Below, piece after piece: positions 13,255-26,452 of a stretch of DNA of 64,000 bases. This DNA is from Eledone cirrhosa. Lineage: Eukaryota. Position 1 is the stretch's first letter. Each line of letters opens with the position of its first letter. A program made the translations under genes and the position numbers. The notes beneath the pieces were generated by a model. The model saw nothing but the letters and a program-made list of their open reading frames with translations. It searched no databases and had not been told where the DNA came from. Location: positions 23,436,001 through 23,500,000 of the forward strand of contig OZ024765.1 of the NCBI GenBank assembly GCA_964016885.1, written 5' to 3'.

Positions 13255-13710
13255 AAAACAATGTCACTGGACTGAGATCTTTGGCGTTACGCAGTAATAC
13301 AGAAGACCCGCCTTGCCTATGTACAAAGCGAATCCTACAGTCAGTAGGCACCTCTTAACCAAATATACACCCCCGTCCCACTATCCCTACTCCACCCCTC
13401 ATCAACACCACTCTTTCTCTGTAAAGTTATGTTGGTACCACAACATTCAGTCTTAAATAAATGAGGTTGTGTAGGTATCACGACAAAAAAACACACAGTC
13501 CAAGTTGTAATGTGGCCGTGTAGGTAACACGGTAAAAAGCTCCCAGTCCACACTGTAAACGTGGTTGGTCTTAGGAAGGGCATCCAGCCGTAAAAAACCT
13601 GCAAGACAGTCCTATAAGCAAGACAGCCAAACTTGCCTCAAGTGGGACAATTCTCATCTAAACCCATGCTAGCGTGGAAGATAGACGTTAAACGATGATG
13701 ATGATGATAT
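13255..13710 (+). mobile_element. RTE LINE 3' UTR fragment with (GAT)n tail
   Basis: Homologous to 20645-21040 and to the reverse complement of 47455-47900. Confidence 0.75.
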
Positions 13711-13716
13711 ATATAT

Positions 13717-16700
13717 TCATCATCATCATCATCGTTTTACGTCCACTTTTCCCTGCTTGCAAGGGTGGGACGGGTCTTATTCAGCACAGCATCTCTCCAC
13801 TCATCACGGTCCCTCGTCATCTCCACAGTAAGCTTCAATGATCTGAAGTCTGTTCTCACCACCTCCGCCCATGTTTTTCGTGGTCTACCTCTACCACGTC
13901 TTCCTTCAACTGGCATTTCCTGGCACTTCCTCACCCATCGGTCATCCTCCATGCGTATCACATGTCCATACCACCTCAGTCTCCTGTCCCGTACACTACA
14001 TTCTATCCCTCTCAGACACAGTTTCTCTCTCAACACATTTATGCTGGGCCGTTCACGCACATTTACACTGCACATCCAACGGAGGATGCTTGCCTCATTT
14101 CTCTCCAGCCGTCGCATATCCGCTGCAGTTGCTGCCCATGTCTCACTACAATGCAGCATCGCGCTCCTCACACAGGCATCATACAACCGGCCTTTCGTAT
14201 GCAGGGAGAAACCCTTCTTCGTCAACGAGGAAGCAGCTCTCTAAACTTCCTCCAACCCGTCCTTATTCTAGATACTATGGCCTCGGAACACCCTCCTCCC
14301 ATGCTAATCTGATCTCCTAGATACTGGAAGGTATTCACCATTTCTATAGAACCCTCCTGCATTTGAAAAATGTGTCTATCAATACGACTTCTACTGTGTA
14401 ATTTCCCTGTACATCTACTGCATACATATTTCTCCCTACCTGCTATCCCGCTATATCTCTTGTGTATCTGCATTATGTGCATTTTATAGAATTTATGCCA
14501 ATTCCTTTTCTGCATATCGAACATGGCCATTTCCCTGACGGAATCAGAGTTTTGTCCTCTTTTCTACTCATCAACACTTTTGTCTTAGCTAAGTTCACTC
14601 TCAGTCCTCTTGTTTCCAACTGCTGTTTCCATAGCCAGAATTTATTCTCTAGCTCCTCTACTGATTCTGCTATAAGAACCAGATCATCAGCATAGAGAAG
14701 TTCCCATGGACAGCCAGTCTTAAACTCCTCTGTTATGGCTTGGAGGACTATAATGAACAAGAGCGGGCTGAAGGACCGAACCTTGATGTACTCCTACTTG
14801 TATCTGGAATTCCTCACTAAACTCCATTCCTACCCTGACTTTACTGAGAGTACCTCTATACAAAGTTTGCACTGTCCTCACAAGCCATCATCTCAACATC
14901 TAGCTTCCTTAGGGACCACCAGATGACAGATCGGGGTACCCTATCAAAGGCCTTTTCTAGGTTAATAAAGGCTAAGTATAGAACCTCTCTTGCAATTGTC
15001 TCACCAAGAAGAAGGCATCTGTTGTACTCTTCCCAGGCACAAAACCAAACTGCATCTCATCTAGTTTGACCCTTTCTCTAATTAGTTGTGCTAAAATCCT
15101 TTCTGCCACTTTCATAACCTGATCTATCAGTTTTATACCCCTATAATTGCTCCTCTCCAGAGCATCTCCTTTACCTTTGTAGCAATTTATCAGAATACTG
15201 CTGCACCAGTCTTTGGGTATGACACCACCATATATAGCCTGATTGATGATGCGTGCAACCAGTTTAGTGCCTACGTCCCCTGATGCCTTCAGCATCTCAG
15301 CAACTATTCCCGATCGTCCAGCAGCCTTACCATTTTTCATTTCCCTAATCGCCTCTTGGACCCTATATTCGTCAATCTCAATAGCTGGTCCCTCTGTCGG
15401 ATCTACCAAGGGTAATTTCTCTCACTCCCATTCGTTCTCCACATTCATCAGTCTCTCATAATGACATTTCCAGGCCACCTTTTTCTGATCATTCGTGACA
15501 CTAAGTACACCGGCATCATCCCGGTCACATTTATCTCCAACATCCTGATTTGCATTGACACACTGCCTTGCAATGTGGAACACCGCACGCCTCTGATCTT
15601 CCCATTGCAGAACATTGGCAAACCTCCTACTCTCCGCCTCCCTGCGTGCTAACTACACCTGACGTCTAGCTTCTCTCTTAGCGGATGTATATTCTTCCCT
15701 ACTCCCACCCTTTTTCCAAGCCTTCCATGCTAGTCTTTTGTCTCTAATGGCCTTATCTACTGTGCTGTTCCACCACCAGGTCACTCTCTGTCTGGTTGGA
15801 GCTCTGCTCCAGCCAGACGCTTCATCAGTAGCCTGCAGCAAGTTGTCACGTAAGAAATTCCAGTTATTATCTGTCATATATCTCTAAATCGTCTTCTTTT
15901 TCGTCATATTCATCTTGAAGGGCTTTCCTAAATTTGTATTTTAGTGAAAGGTCTTTTAGCTTCCAGACCTTTCTTCTCCACACCTTCCTGTATGTCTCAT
16001 TCCATCTCTTGCTTACTGAGATATCACTAACGACTAACCTATACTGTGGGGTACATTCTTCCCCAGGGTATGCCTTGGTATTAGACACTATCTGCCTGTC
16101 CCGCTGCCTAACTAGTAGGAAGTCAATCTGGCTTATGTGCTCACCATATTTGTAGGTTATTTGGTGATTGGCAGATTTCTGGAAGTTTGTGTTGCAAATA
16201 GTCAATGTACCTGCATCACAAAATTCAAGAAGTCTCACTCCTTCTTCATTTCTTGAGCCGTAACCCTGCCCACCATGTACCCCAGTGTAACCATCCTGGA
16301 GCTATCCAACATGTCCATTGAAGTCTCCTGCTAGCATAACGATGTCTCCGTCCTCTGTCATTGCGGTTGTTTGTAAAAGTTGGTCGTAAAAGCAGTTTTT
16401 CTCATCTTTGCCTAGGCCTGCTTGGGGAGCATAGGCCGAGATGATTGTCAGTAGTCTCCTGCCTACAACTAATCTAAGCTTAATTATTTGATTACTAACT
16501 CGAACTACCTCTATTGTCTTATTGATCCATTACTCGGCCAGGAAAATGTCTACTCCCCCTAACCCACCATCCTTACCTACCCAGAAAAGCTTATAGCTAA
16601 GACGTTTGCCTACGACTAGTCTCGCAGAGGCACCTCTCCATCTCACCTCTTGCACGCAGCACACATCCACCTGCCTTCTCTCCAGTATCTCCGCTATTTC

Positions 16701-16920
16701 AGCAGATCTACCTCTGAGAGTGCCAACATTAAGTGTTGCAACTCTGAGATGCGACGTCTTCATATTTTGTTGTTGTTCCTATTTGTTGCTGTGCTGGTAA
16801 GCGTTTTGGCATTGATACACTGGTTTGATGCTCTTCCTAACACCAGCGCCACCAGCACTAGAGAGGATGTCTTACTAGACTCAAGGGCCCTCTCTACCCC
16901 TCCATTTTGCAGCATGGTCA
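13717..16920 (-). mobile_element. Near full-length degenerate RTE-clade LINE (APE-RT-PHD-like finger) with (GAT)n tail
   Basis: APE (RVATLNVGTL..VCCVQEVRWRG; SAYAPQ; GDFN), RT (NYRGIKL, QFGFVPGKSTTDA, LLYADDL), KWPCSICRKG..IKC..YVCSRC and [17 protein letters not shown]; many stops and frameshifts. Confidence 0.93.
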
Positions 16921-17094
16921 TACAAAAAAAAAATATATATATAAATATTTATACATATATATAAATATCAATGATGGCTGCTCCCTCGTTATTGAGTATG
17001 GCCATTGCACGAGTAGAAGAAAAAAAAACATAATAATAATAATAACAATAATAATAATGACAACAACAACAATAATAATATACACATATCATCA

Positions 17095-17432
17095 TCATGC
17101 AGTGGGAGGGTGTTGGGGCATATTGCCTATATGCTTCAGCTTCAGCTTGTACCTGTGGGGGGTCGGGCCCTCTGTATTACTGCGTGACGCCAGAGGTCAC
17201 GGTCGTGTGTCGCCTTTGAGAGGTGTAATTGGGTAAGGTCGGCTTTTATCACCTCATACCAGGTCTTCTTGGGTCTCCCCACTCCACGGTTTCCATAGAC
17301 TTCTAGTGCTCTGCACCTTTTTATGCAGCTGTCATCCTTCATACGCATCACATGTCCATACCAACGCAACCTCCTCTCCTGCACACAGCATTTGATTCCT
17401 CTTATGCTCAGTCTCTCTCTCAATTCATTCAT
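17095..17432 (-). mobile_element. RTE LINE C-terminal fragment
   Basis: [23 protein letters not shown]. Confidence 0.8.
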
Positions 17433-17435
17433 GCT

Positions 17436-17766
<331 letters not shown>

Positions 17767-17910
17767 TGACCAAAGAATAATATGGTTCGTTGATTACTCA
17801 ATGAATACAATTTTACAATAGATTAGAAGCACTCAACTGTGAGTTTCCCTGGAGTTTTTAATATTATTTAAAATATTAACAAATGAAAAATATTCTCATA
17901 ATCAAAATAT

Positions 17911-17979
17911 ATACTTTATTATATATATTTCAGAGGCACTGTGTTGTTTTTTTCAGTACGTCCTCATCAGACAAAATAT
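17911..17979 (-). ncRNA. Minimal type-I hammerhead ribozyme in a roughly 360-bp TA-flanked element (17767-18125)
   Basis: Minus: AUAUUUUGU-CUGAUGA-GGACGUACUG/loop/CAGUGCCUCU-GAAA-UAUAUA-UA^AUAAAGUAU. Stem I is 9 bp, stem II is 10 bp with one mismatch, stem III is palindromic. Confidence 0.8.
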
Positions 17980-18145
17980 ATGATTTGATATATGACATAC
18001 CGCTACGGTCTTGATCACACAATTCAAGTATTGTACCTTGGAGTAAACAAACCAACCTGCGTACTTTGTCAAGTGCTCCAATCTGCATACTGAGGTGTCG
18101 GTAAATAACCAACATATACTCAAAATATATATATATAAATATATA

Positions 18146-19445
18146 CTAGCTGGCCCGTCCCTCTGGTGCCGGGCTAGGTGTACCGGCATTTTATCTTTTC
18201 ATAAATCCCCCTACACTCCAGTGCAAAGATACCGCATGCCCTCTCAAGTCAGCGAGGGGGTGGGGTTTAACGTGCTCTGATGTTGGGTTTGAACAGTTTT
18301 TAGGATTCCCCAGTTCAGCAGCCAGTACATTAAAGAAAATTGATAGTTACAACAATAAAGGCTGAACAGAGACCACATTTTTTAACAAACAATAATTTGT
18401 ACAACCATAATGGAAATTCCAAGTAACATAAAATATTTAAATTACATTGTTGGAGCCTCAGAGTATACAATATTTTCTGTTTGGCCCTTCAAAGCAAAGT
18501 TGAAGAGATTGTTTGGCGAGCTCACCCTAGAGCATCCTACATACAATTGACCATGGGAGAATCACTGATTTTGTAGGTTGTCTCGCAGAGAAGCTCTGTA
18601 GACATTGACCTCTGGACACTCCTGTCAGGAGCAGGTAAGCTGTAGTGACTTAGAGGCCGACCACCAATCTCCAGGACTCTGTTTTCAAGACAAATGAGCG
18701 CCTCATTGAAAACGACATTGTATGTTATGTTTGGATTGTGTCTGCGTGTGCGGTGGAGGATGTCCTCACCAAGACTTTCGCGGTGGTTGTTCCACAGTGC
18801 GAGAGGGTCGGCGATATCGCAGTTGTGCAGCATAATAGCAAAAGGTGTTCGCAGCTGAGAAGGGACTTTAGCTATTTAGCAGGGTGAGGTGTCAATGGCT
18901 GTCATCATGTAACATACCACGCATCTGGCAAGCCTAACAGTAAGTGGAACATTGATGGCCATTGATGGTTCTCAGATCTTGGAAAGACTGTGGTCCTCTA
19001 ACCTCGAACAGTAACAATGACGATAAGCCGTCTGTGCTTTCGTGAAATAAATAGGTTTTTGTTTTTGTGTATGCAAACATATCTGTACACGAATATATAT
19101 ATTAAAATAACAGATTAAAGAATCGCTGCTTTCACCCTTAAAGGGATCTTCTGAAACTAAAAAAATCAGTCTGTGAACGCAGAAGTAAATATTTTGAAAA
19201 ACGTTATCTAATGCAGACAGCCAGACATACAGACTAAGAAAAAGAGGGGAATGTTGTGCGACGTCCGTCATAAGTAAAAGTGTTGACATTTGAAATTTTA
19301 AAGAAATGAATATTTAAATAATGTCGTTAATCTTTTAACAAAATTCAGCAGACAAAAATACCCTCACTTTTTAACTTGGAAAAAGTGACATCTATGGAGC
19401 AAATTTGGTGTTGTTTGGTGCAGTCGTTTGGTAGAAAGTTTGTTA
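18146..19445 (-). mobile_element. Internally deleted Helitron
   Basis: Minus strand RepHel remnants (DPLALWNNHRESLGEDIL..NEALICLE; FSHGQLYVGCSRV..NIVYSEA). 3' hairpin gcccg..cgggc followed by CTAG|T at 18146. 5' boundary approximate. Confidence 0.88.
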
Positions 19446-19469
19446 CTTACATATGGCTGTCAGCTTTAT

Positions 19470-19810
19470 AGTATCATCATCATCATCGTTTAACGTCCAT
19501 GTTTCATGCTTGCATGGGTTTGGATGGGAGTTTTCCCACTTGAGGCAAGAGTGGTTGTCATTGCTCGCATAGGACTGTCTGGCGGGTTTTCTACAGCTGG
19601 ATGCCCTTCCTAACACCAACCACATTTACAGTGTGGGGTTGGGAGGTTTTTACCGTGTTGCCTACATGGCCACATTACAGCGTGGACTGTGTGTTTCTTG
19701 TCGTGACACCTACACGACCTCATTTGTTTCGGCCTGGATGTTGTGGTACCAACATAACTTTACATTGAAAGGGGCCGTGTGGATGGGGTGGGGGTGGTGG
19801 GACGGGTGTG
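19470..19810 (-). mobile_element. RTE 3' UTR fragment with (GAT)n tail
   Basis: Homologous to 47455-47790. Confidence 0.75.
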
Positions 19811-19846
<36 letters not shown>

Positions 19847-19849
<3 letters not shown>

Positions 19850-20457
19850 TGGCTGCTAACTCGTTTTCGAGTACGGCCACTACTTTATATCCATATAGGA
19901 GAACCCCTACCGATGCGCTGAACGAGTGTGACTTTTTAGTCCAGCCAGCGACTTGAAAGCTCTGGTACAAACACTACACTTGTGACAAATATTGACACAT
20001 AGTGCTGGGCCCATGGTACCCTGTGACGACAAGTGCAGAGAGATCTCCAGATATAAAGCAATGCCTGTGCCGTGAAGCTTTTATAGTGAGCAAAGGCACT
20101 GCACAAAGCCAGTCCCACTCTCTTAACCAAGATGATATTTACCAAAAAGAAGAACAAGTCAACATCATAGGATACCATCAGAGTTGCAGGTGTTATATCA
20201 GAGTTTTCCTTCTCCTAGAATTCTGCCTTGACAAAGGCTAAAGGGTCATCTCTCCCGGTGATTTTGGATGGCCATTGACTCTTAAGAGCTCCTTTGCCCT
20301 TTGACAGGTCTTGTTTTTAGTCCTGCAGGATGTCCAAAGTCACCCTGCTCACCAAGAAACCTTGGTGGGGTTGCCAGTTTAGTCGCCAACGACCCGACCA
20401 TGGGTCAGGTTGTACTGGGATACATGTTACCAGTAGCACCAACTGGTGACCTGACAT
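19847..20457 (-). mobile_element. Roughly 610-bp non-coding RTE-derived (bipartite) non-autonomous element, copy 1
   Basis: Three copies (19847, 49400, 51394), all flanked by TA tracts. Contains ctaggagaaggaaaactctg (RTE 5'-UTR-like) and ends gtggccgtactcgaaaacgagttggcagccacc(AT)n, resembling the ZnF-RTE 3' end. Confidence 0.75.
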
Positions 20458-20644
20458 AATATATATCTATATATACAACACATATATACAATCAAATGGT
20501 GTTTACAGCATTTGATAGTTTACGATTGTTTCATCCAGATATAATCAATGGAGGTATAGGTTATAGATATGAAAGGCCTTGATACATAAATTGCCATGGT
20601 TATTAATTATAGCAAAATATTAGAGCAAGAAAATCAATTAAAAT

Positions 20645-21040
20645 AGAATTACAGAAGACTCACCTTGCCTAAGTATAAAGCGAAACCTAGTCATTGGCAC
20701 CTCCTAACCAAATATACACCCCTACTCCACCCCCCATCAACACCACCCTTTCTCTGTAAAGTTATGTTGGTACCACAACATCCAGTCCTAAATAAATGAG
20801 GTTGTGCAGGTGTCACAACAAAAAAACACACTGTAATGTGGCCGTGTAGGTAACACGGTAAAAACCTCTCAGACCACACTGTAAATGTGGTTGGTGTTAG
20901 GAAGGGTTTCCAGCCGCAGAAAACTTGCCATATAGACCTATACAAACGAGACACGGTCACCCGACCAATCTTGCCTCAAGTGGGACAATTCCTGTCTAAA
21001 CCCATGCTAGCGTGGAAGATATACATTAAATGATGATGAT
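20645..21040 (+). mobile_element. RTE 3' UTR fragment
   Basis: Homologous to 13295-13710. Confidence 0.7.
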
Positions 21041-21221
21041 ATATATATATACATACATATAAATATCTATGATGGCTGCCCCCTCGTTATCGAGTATGGC
21101 CATTGCACGAGAAGAAGAAAAAAAACATAATAATAGTAATAACAAGAAATATATATAATCTAAGTAGAATGGTATAATGAAAGCATATAATGTAGGTACA
21201 GCAGTATTCACATAAATTACT

Positions 21222-22232
21222 ACAAAGGTAAAGGGGATGCTCTGGAGAGGAGCAATTATGGGGGCATGAAGCTGATGGATCAGGTTATGAAAGTGGCAGA
21301 GAGAATATTAGCGCAACTGATTAGAGAAAGGTTCAATTTAGATGAGATGCAGTTAGGTTTTGTGCCTGGGAAAAGTACAACAGATGCCCTCTTCTTGGTG
21401 AGACAATTACGAGAGGTTCTTAGAGAAGAATAAGCCACTATACTTAGCTTTTGTTGATCTAGAGAAGGCCTTTGACAGGGTACCCCGATCTATCATCTGG
21501 TGGTCCCTAAGGAAACTAGGTGTAGAGGAATGGCTTGTGAGAGTAGTGCAAGCCATGTACAGAGGAGCTGTCAGTAAAGTGAGAGTAGGAAGGGAGTTTA
21601 ATGAGGATTTCAATGTAGAGGTAGGTGTTCATCATGGTTCAGTTCACAACCCACTGCTATTCATCATAGTTCTCCAGGCCATAACCAATGGGTTTAAGAC
21701 TGGCTGTTCACGGGAAACAGTCTATGTGAATTACCTGGTCCTTATAGCTGACTCCATAAAAGAACTAGAGAATAAGTGACCCTACTGCATATGTAGGAAA
21801 GGAGTAGGCATAAACTGTACACAATGATAGCTTCCGCTATCTAGGTGGAGAGAAATGGAGCAACCATGCTTCGTTGGATGTGCAACGTAAATGTGAGAGG
21901 AAATCAGAGCTTGGATAAATTGAGGAAGAAATTGGACTTCAGAGGAAACCGAAGTGGTGTGCAAGAGAGAAGACTGCTTTGGTAGGGATATGTGATATCC
22001 ATGGATGATGATCGTTGGTTAAAGAAGTGTCAGGGAATACCAGAGGAGGGAAACCATAGTAGAGGTAGACCAAGGAAGACCAGGGTAGATGTGGTGAGAG
22101 CTGATCTCAAATTGCTGAGACTCACAGAGGAGATAACGAAGGAACAAGCGAGTGGGGAGATGTTGTGCTTAAAAGGATCCATCCAACCCATGCCAGGATT
22201 GAAAAACGGACGTAAAACTATGATGATGATGT
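21222..22232 (+). mobile_element. 5'-truncated, internally deleted RTE LINE
   Basis: YKGKGDALERSNY..FVDLEKAFDRVPR..VGVHHGS..RGRPRKT with a (GAT)n tail. Confidence 0.85.
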
Positions 22233-22254
22233 AGATGAAGTAAATTAAATCAAA

Positions 22255-23485
22255 ACAGATTTAGACTAAAACGAACAAAACTTCCCTGAAACAACAACAA
22301 GGTAGAGTTAAATATAAACTATATTTTATAATGTAAGGTAGTGAACCACATAATTAAATAGACGGAGGTATTTTAAATAATAAAGATATCTTTAATTTAC
22401 TTAAAGCAATAACAAGGTACAGCTAAATATAAACTATATTTTATAATGTAAGGTAGTGAACCACATAATTAAATAGACGGAGGTATTATAAATAATTGTT
22501 TCTACCTTTGGCACAAGGCCAGCAATTACTACCAGTGCATTACTGGTACTTTATTTTATCGACCCCGTAGGGATGAAAGGCAAAGTTAACCTCGGCGGGA
22601 TTTGAACTCAGAATGGAAAGGGACGTAACTCCTTGCGTCAAAGCATGACGTCCCACCCTCTACCGATAGTGCCAATCCATTTTAAATAATAAACAGTCAT
22701 GATAACAATATATTTTATATCACATGTAACAGTGGAATCTGGTTAATTACTGGATCGTTGTAGGGTTCAGATAATTATATTATTTACACACATTAATATA
22801 GACATTAAATAAATCTTTGTCAACTTACCTCCTTCACATATAATCAATGTGTTGTGTTGTTAGTTTTTACTAAACAACCAAAGAAATAATCTCTTTGTTA
22901 TCAAATTAGAAGTGTCAATGTTATCAGCTTTATTTCATGACATTAACGTTGGTGTATCTTCTTCATCTTTAGTCATAAATTGATATCTTGTCAGTATGAA
23001 GTAGTGAGGCTGACTTTATGTCTTTAGCTACAGATTTGATAGGAAATATATATATAATAGGTTGATATGTGGTCTAAAATATATATACTGTCTATAAATG
23101 ACTGATAGCAGATGTTCTGGTGAAATAGTAGTTTTACTACTACAGATTGTAATGGAACTCTTAGTAGACACAATTATAAAGTAAGAATAGATATGACAGT
23201 GTAAGACTGATGTCGGGGAATAATGAAGACAGCAGGTACTCGTTATCGTTGGGAATGTTTCAACTCTCGTACCGGTGTCATACATTAAAAGTCCCTGATT
23301 TAATTAAATACATTCAGACAGTTCCAATCGTATTTAATTGTTACACAAGATATAATTAGATTAAATATTATTATAATGAAGACAGCAGGTACGCGGTGTC
23401 GTTGGGAATGTTTCAACTCTCTTACCAGTGTCATACGTTAAAAGTCCCTGATATAATTTAATACCCCCAGACACAGTTCCAATGT
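22255..23485. repeat. Conserved ZNF-unit upstream block, copy 2 (SINE A inserted at about 22497-22678, minus)
   Basis: Homologous to 62608-63650, including an internal tandem duplication of about 120 bp. Confidence 0.9.
22829..23027 (-). other. Putative non-coding 5' UTR exon of ZNF-1
   Basis: Acceptor ttcctatcaaatctgtag and donor GAAGGAG|gtaagt. Confidence 0.55.
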
Positions 23486-23725
23486 TTAGTTATACATTCA
23501 ACAGCAAATCTTTTGTACAGACTTCGGAATAAACTGGAAGACCGTCAGAATATCATTCTCCCTCTTGAATATATATATATATATATATATATACATTTAG
23601 GTTTGTTGGTTCACCACTGGATAGAACTGGTCATTCCGTATAGTCAACCTTGATGTAATATTAGGGAGAGCACTCGACGTAATCCTATATTTCAGGTTAT
23701 TGTTATCATGACTGTCTTTATTATT

Positions 23726-24137
23726 TGGCAGTATCGGTAGAGAGTTGGACGCCATGTTTTCCAGCAGAGTTACGTCCCTTTACGGTCTGAGTTCAAATCC
23801 CGTCGAGGTTAACTTTGCCTTACATCCTTACGAGGTCGATAAAATAATGTACCAGTAATGCACTGTGTAATTGCTGGCCTTGTGCCTAAAGTAGAAACAA
23901 TTATTTAAAATACCTCGGGCGATGGATTGGCAGTATTTGTAGAGGGTCAGACGCCATGCTTTGAAGCATAGAGTTACTTCCCTTTATGATCTGAGTTGAA
24001 ATCCCGCCAAGGTTAACTTTGCCTTTCATCCTTACGCGGTTGATAAAATAAAGTACCAGTCACGCACTGGGGTCGATTTAATCGACTTTCCCCTCCCCCC
24101 AAATTGCAGGCCTTGTGCCTATATAAGAAACCATTAT
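23726..24137 (+). mobile_element. Two adjacent SINE family A copies (23726-23900 and 23918-24137)
   Basis: Same head and body as 5692-5880; the second copy has an extra ggggtcgatttaatcgac segment. Confidence 0.85.
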
Positions 24138-24140
24138 AAC

Positions 24141-25015
24141 AAATTTAGAAGGGCCCTAGATAAACATAAACTTAATATTAAGAGAGTAGAAAGACCAGGT
24201 ACCTCCATAAAAACACTTATTAGCAAGACATACCCTTTTCAAAGACCTCCCTGTATAGATAAGAAATGTATAACCTGTAAACTAAGCCCCCATATTAACT
24301 GTAAAGCTAGAAATGTAGTATATAGCATAAGATGTACTGAAGGACAATGTAGAGATAAGAATATAGTGTACATAGGTGAGACAGCTCGTAGTATAGGGGA
24401 ACGGATAAATGAACACTGGTGAGAGCTTCAAGATAGTAAAGAATCATCAATACTCCACCAACATGCTAAAATAGAACATGAGAGCAAATTAGAGAACATA
24501 GAAATAAAAATAAAATCTACACACAGAAAAGACGCAATGTTTAGACAAACCACAGAGGCAATAAACATAAATGAACTCCAACCAAAATTAAATAGAAAAT
24601 ATGAATGGAACAGCAACATCACAACTTACAATTAAGGACAAAATGAAAACACACACACACATAGAACAAACAACCAACCAGTAACATGTAAATAAACAAA
24701 TATAAACACACAGACACCCGGATGTAACACATGCGCAAACTACGCACACAAGACACACAAAAACAAAATGGGTAGGACAGAAAAAAGGAGACGCACAAAA
24801 CAAAGTAAAGAATCCCCAGTCACTGAAGAGGTCACAGAATTTATGACGAAAGAACTTTGACAATATATGAACAACCGTCCGGTTATGGAACCAACCAACC
24901 AACCGGAAATTTATAAATTCTTAAATTTATAAATTTAATTTATAATAAATTGGAGTGAAAGCAAATGGTGCGTGTGTTTCTTATTGGCAACCTGACCCTC
25001 CCAAAGCATAACATT
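24141..25015 (+). mobile_element. Penelope-like element 3' end: C-terminal GIY-YIG endonuclease remnant (24141-24635) plus pseudo-LTR
   Basis: Manual translation: PCIDKKCITC..NCKARNVVYSIRC...VYIGETARSIGERINEH(W*)..SILHQH..EH..RQTTEAINI..PKLNRKYEW. Not in the ORF track (no ATG, one TGA). Confidence 0.9.
24819..24861 (+). ncRNA. Degenerate hammerhead ribozyme in the PLE pseudo-LTR
   Basis: GUCA-CUGAAGA-GGUCA cagaauuua UGAC-GAAA-GAAC-UU^UGAC. Confidence 0.6.
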
Positions 25016-25319
25016 GTAACTTTAATTAATCTAATTATATCTTGTGTAACAATTATATATATATATACACAAGTTTATTTCCCCGACATCAGTCTTACAC
25101 TGTCATATCTATTCTTACTTTACAATTGTGTCTACTAAGAGTTCCATTACAATCTGTAGTAGTAAGACTACTATATCACCAGAACATCTGTTATCAGTCA
25201 TATATGTATATACATGTATATATATATATACATATATATATGTATATACATATATATATGTATATACATATATATATGTATATACATATATATATGTATA
25301 TACATATATATATGTATAT

Positions 25320-25670
25320 AAAAGCTAAACAGAAATAACAACACAATCGGTACAGTATATGGAAGGGATATATTAGGTTAACACTTGATATAGCAGGAAG
25401 AGGGTCTAAACGTTTTGGATGCTGGTCCTTCATCAGAAGAAAGAATGAGAAATAAAATAGATTGAGGGGACGGGCGGGATGGAATTGGAAAAAATGTGTT
25501 TACATAAAAATATCTACGTAATGTAATGTAAGACAGCCAAAAGGGCAGATAATGGGAAAATACCTTGAAAGGAAGTTGACCCTGAAATGGGATTACAAAT
25601 GGAATAAAACAAGTTTTGAGTAAATCGGAGCAGGTTTTCCCGAGATATGGGGTTTCTGGGGTACCTTAAT
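25320..25670 (-). mobile_element. PLE/retrozyme-like element with mutated hammerhead (25405-25440, GAAA to AAAA)
   Basis: Homologous to 33095-33320; flanked by microsatellites. Confidence 0.65.
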
Positions 25671-26098
25671 AAATAGAGAGAGAGAGAGTGGTTGTGACAG
25701 AATAGATTGAAAGAGAGACATAGAGAGACAAAGAGAGAGGGAGAGAGAGAGCTGGTGGTGTTGTGCATATATATATATATATGTGAGTGTGTGTATATAT
25801 ATGTATATGTTTGTGTGTCCATGACCAGTATATATAGATCACAGACACCCACATATATATATACACACATACATATATATATATATATACACACACACAT
25901 TTATATATATACACAGACACGTATATATATATATATATATATATGTATACGTGTATTCACGTTTCAGTTTCACATGTATTCACGTGTATTCACGTTTCCA
26001 GTTTCACATTATATACATGTCTGTATGAAATTATTTTGAGGTAAACTTTACCCAACGGGTCACAGGTGGTCTACATACATACATATATATATATATAT

Positions 26099-26099
<1 letters not shown>

Positions 26100-26130
<31 letters not shown>

Positions 26131-26452
26131 TTTACATCCGCTTCTCCCTGCTTGCAGGAGTGGGATGGGAACTGATTCTGTCTTGATTTCTACAGCTGGA
26201 TGCCCTTCCTAACACCAACCTCATTTACAGTGAGTGCTGGGTGCTTTTTTTCCGTGGCACCTCCACGACCTCTTTGCAGTGGAATGATATGGACCCCAGT
26301 CCCTATCATCTCATGTCTACAGCTGAGTAAACTGGAGCAATGTGAAATAAAGTGTCTTGCTCAAGGAAACAACACGTGACCCGGTCTGAAAATTGAACTC
26401 ACAACCTTTCGATTACAAGGCCAATGCTCTAACCACTAAGCCATGTGCCTCC
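26100..26452 (-). mobile_element. SINE family B (tRNA head plus RTE-type 3' end, (GAT)n tail)
   Basis: ggaggcacatggcttagtggttagagc..gagttcaatt..ccttgagcaagacac..ggaagggcatccagc..(gat)n. Further copies at 30740-31078, 31880-32364 and 33333-33650 (-), 54186-54490 and 56531-56845 (+). Confidence 0.85.

Noticed and set aside
20300-20457. HDV-like ribozyme
   Set aside because: A P4/J4-2-like segment is visible, but P1/P3/L3 could not be fitted and an alternative fold is better.
24420-24422. In-frame TGA in the PLE endonuclease as selenocysteine
   Set aside because: Not at a Cys-motif position, no SECIS recognised, and the element is a truncated relic; a simple nonsense change (e.g. CGA to TGA) is more likely.
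26380-26452. tRNA gene
   Set aside because: tRNA-like head of multi-copy SINE B, continuous with the SINE body and tail.
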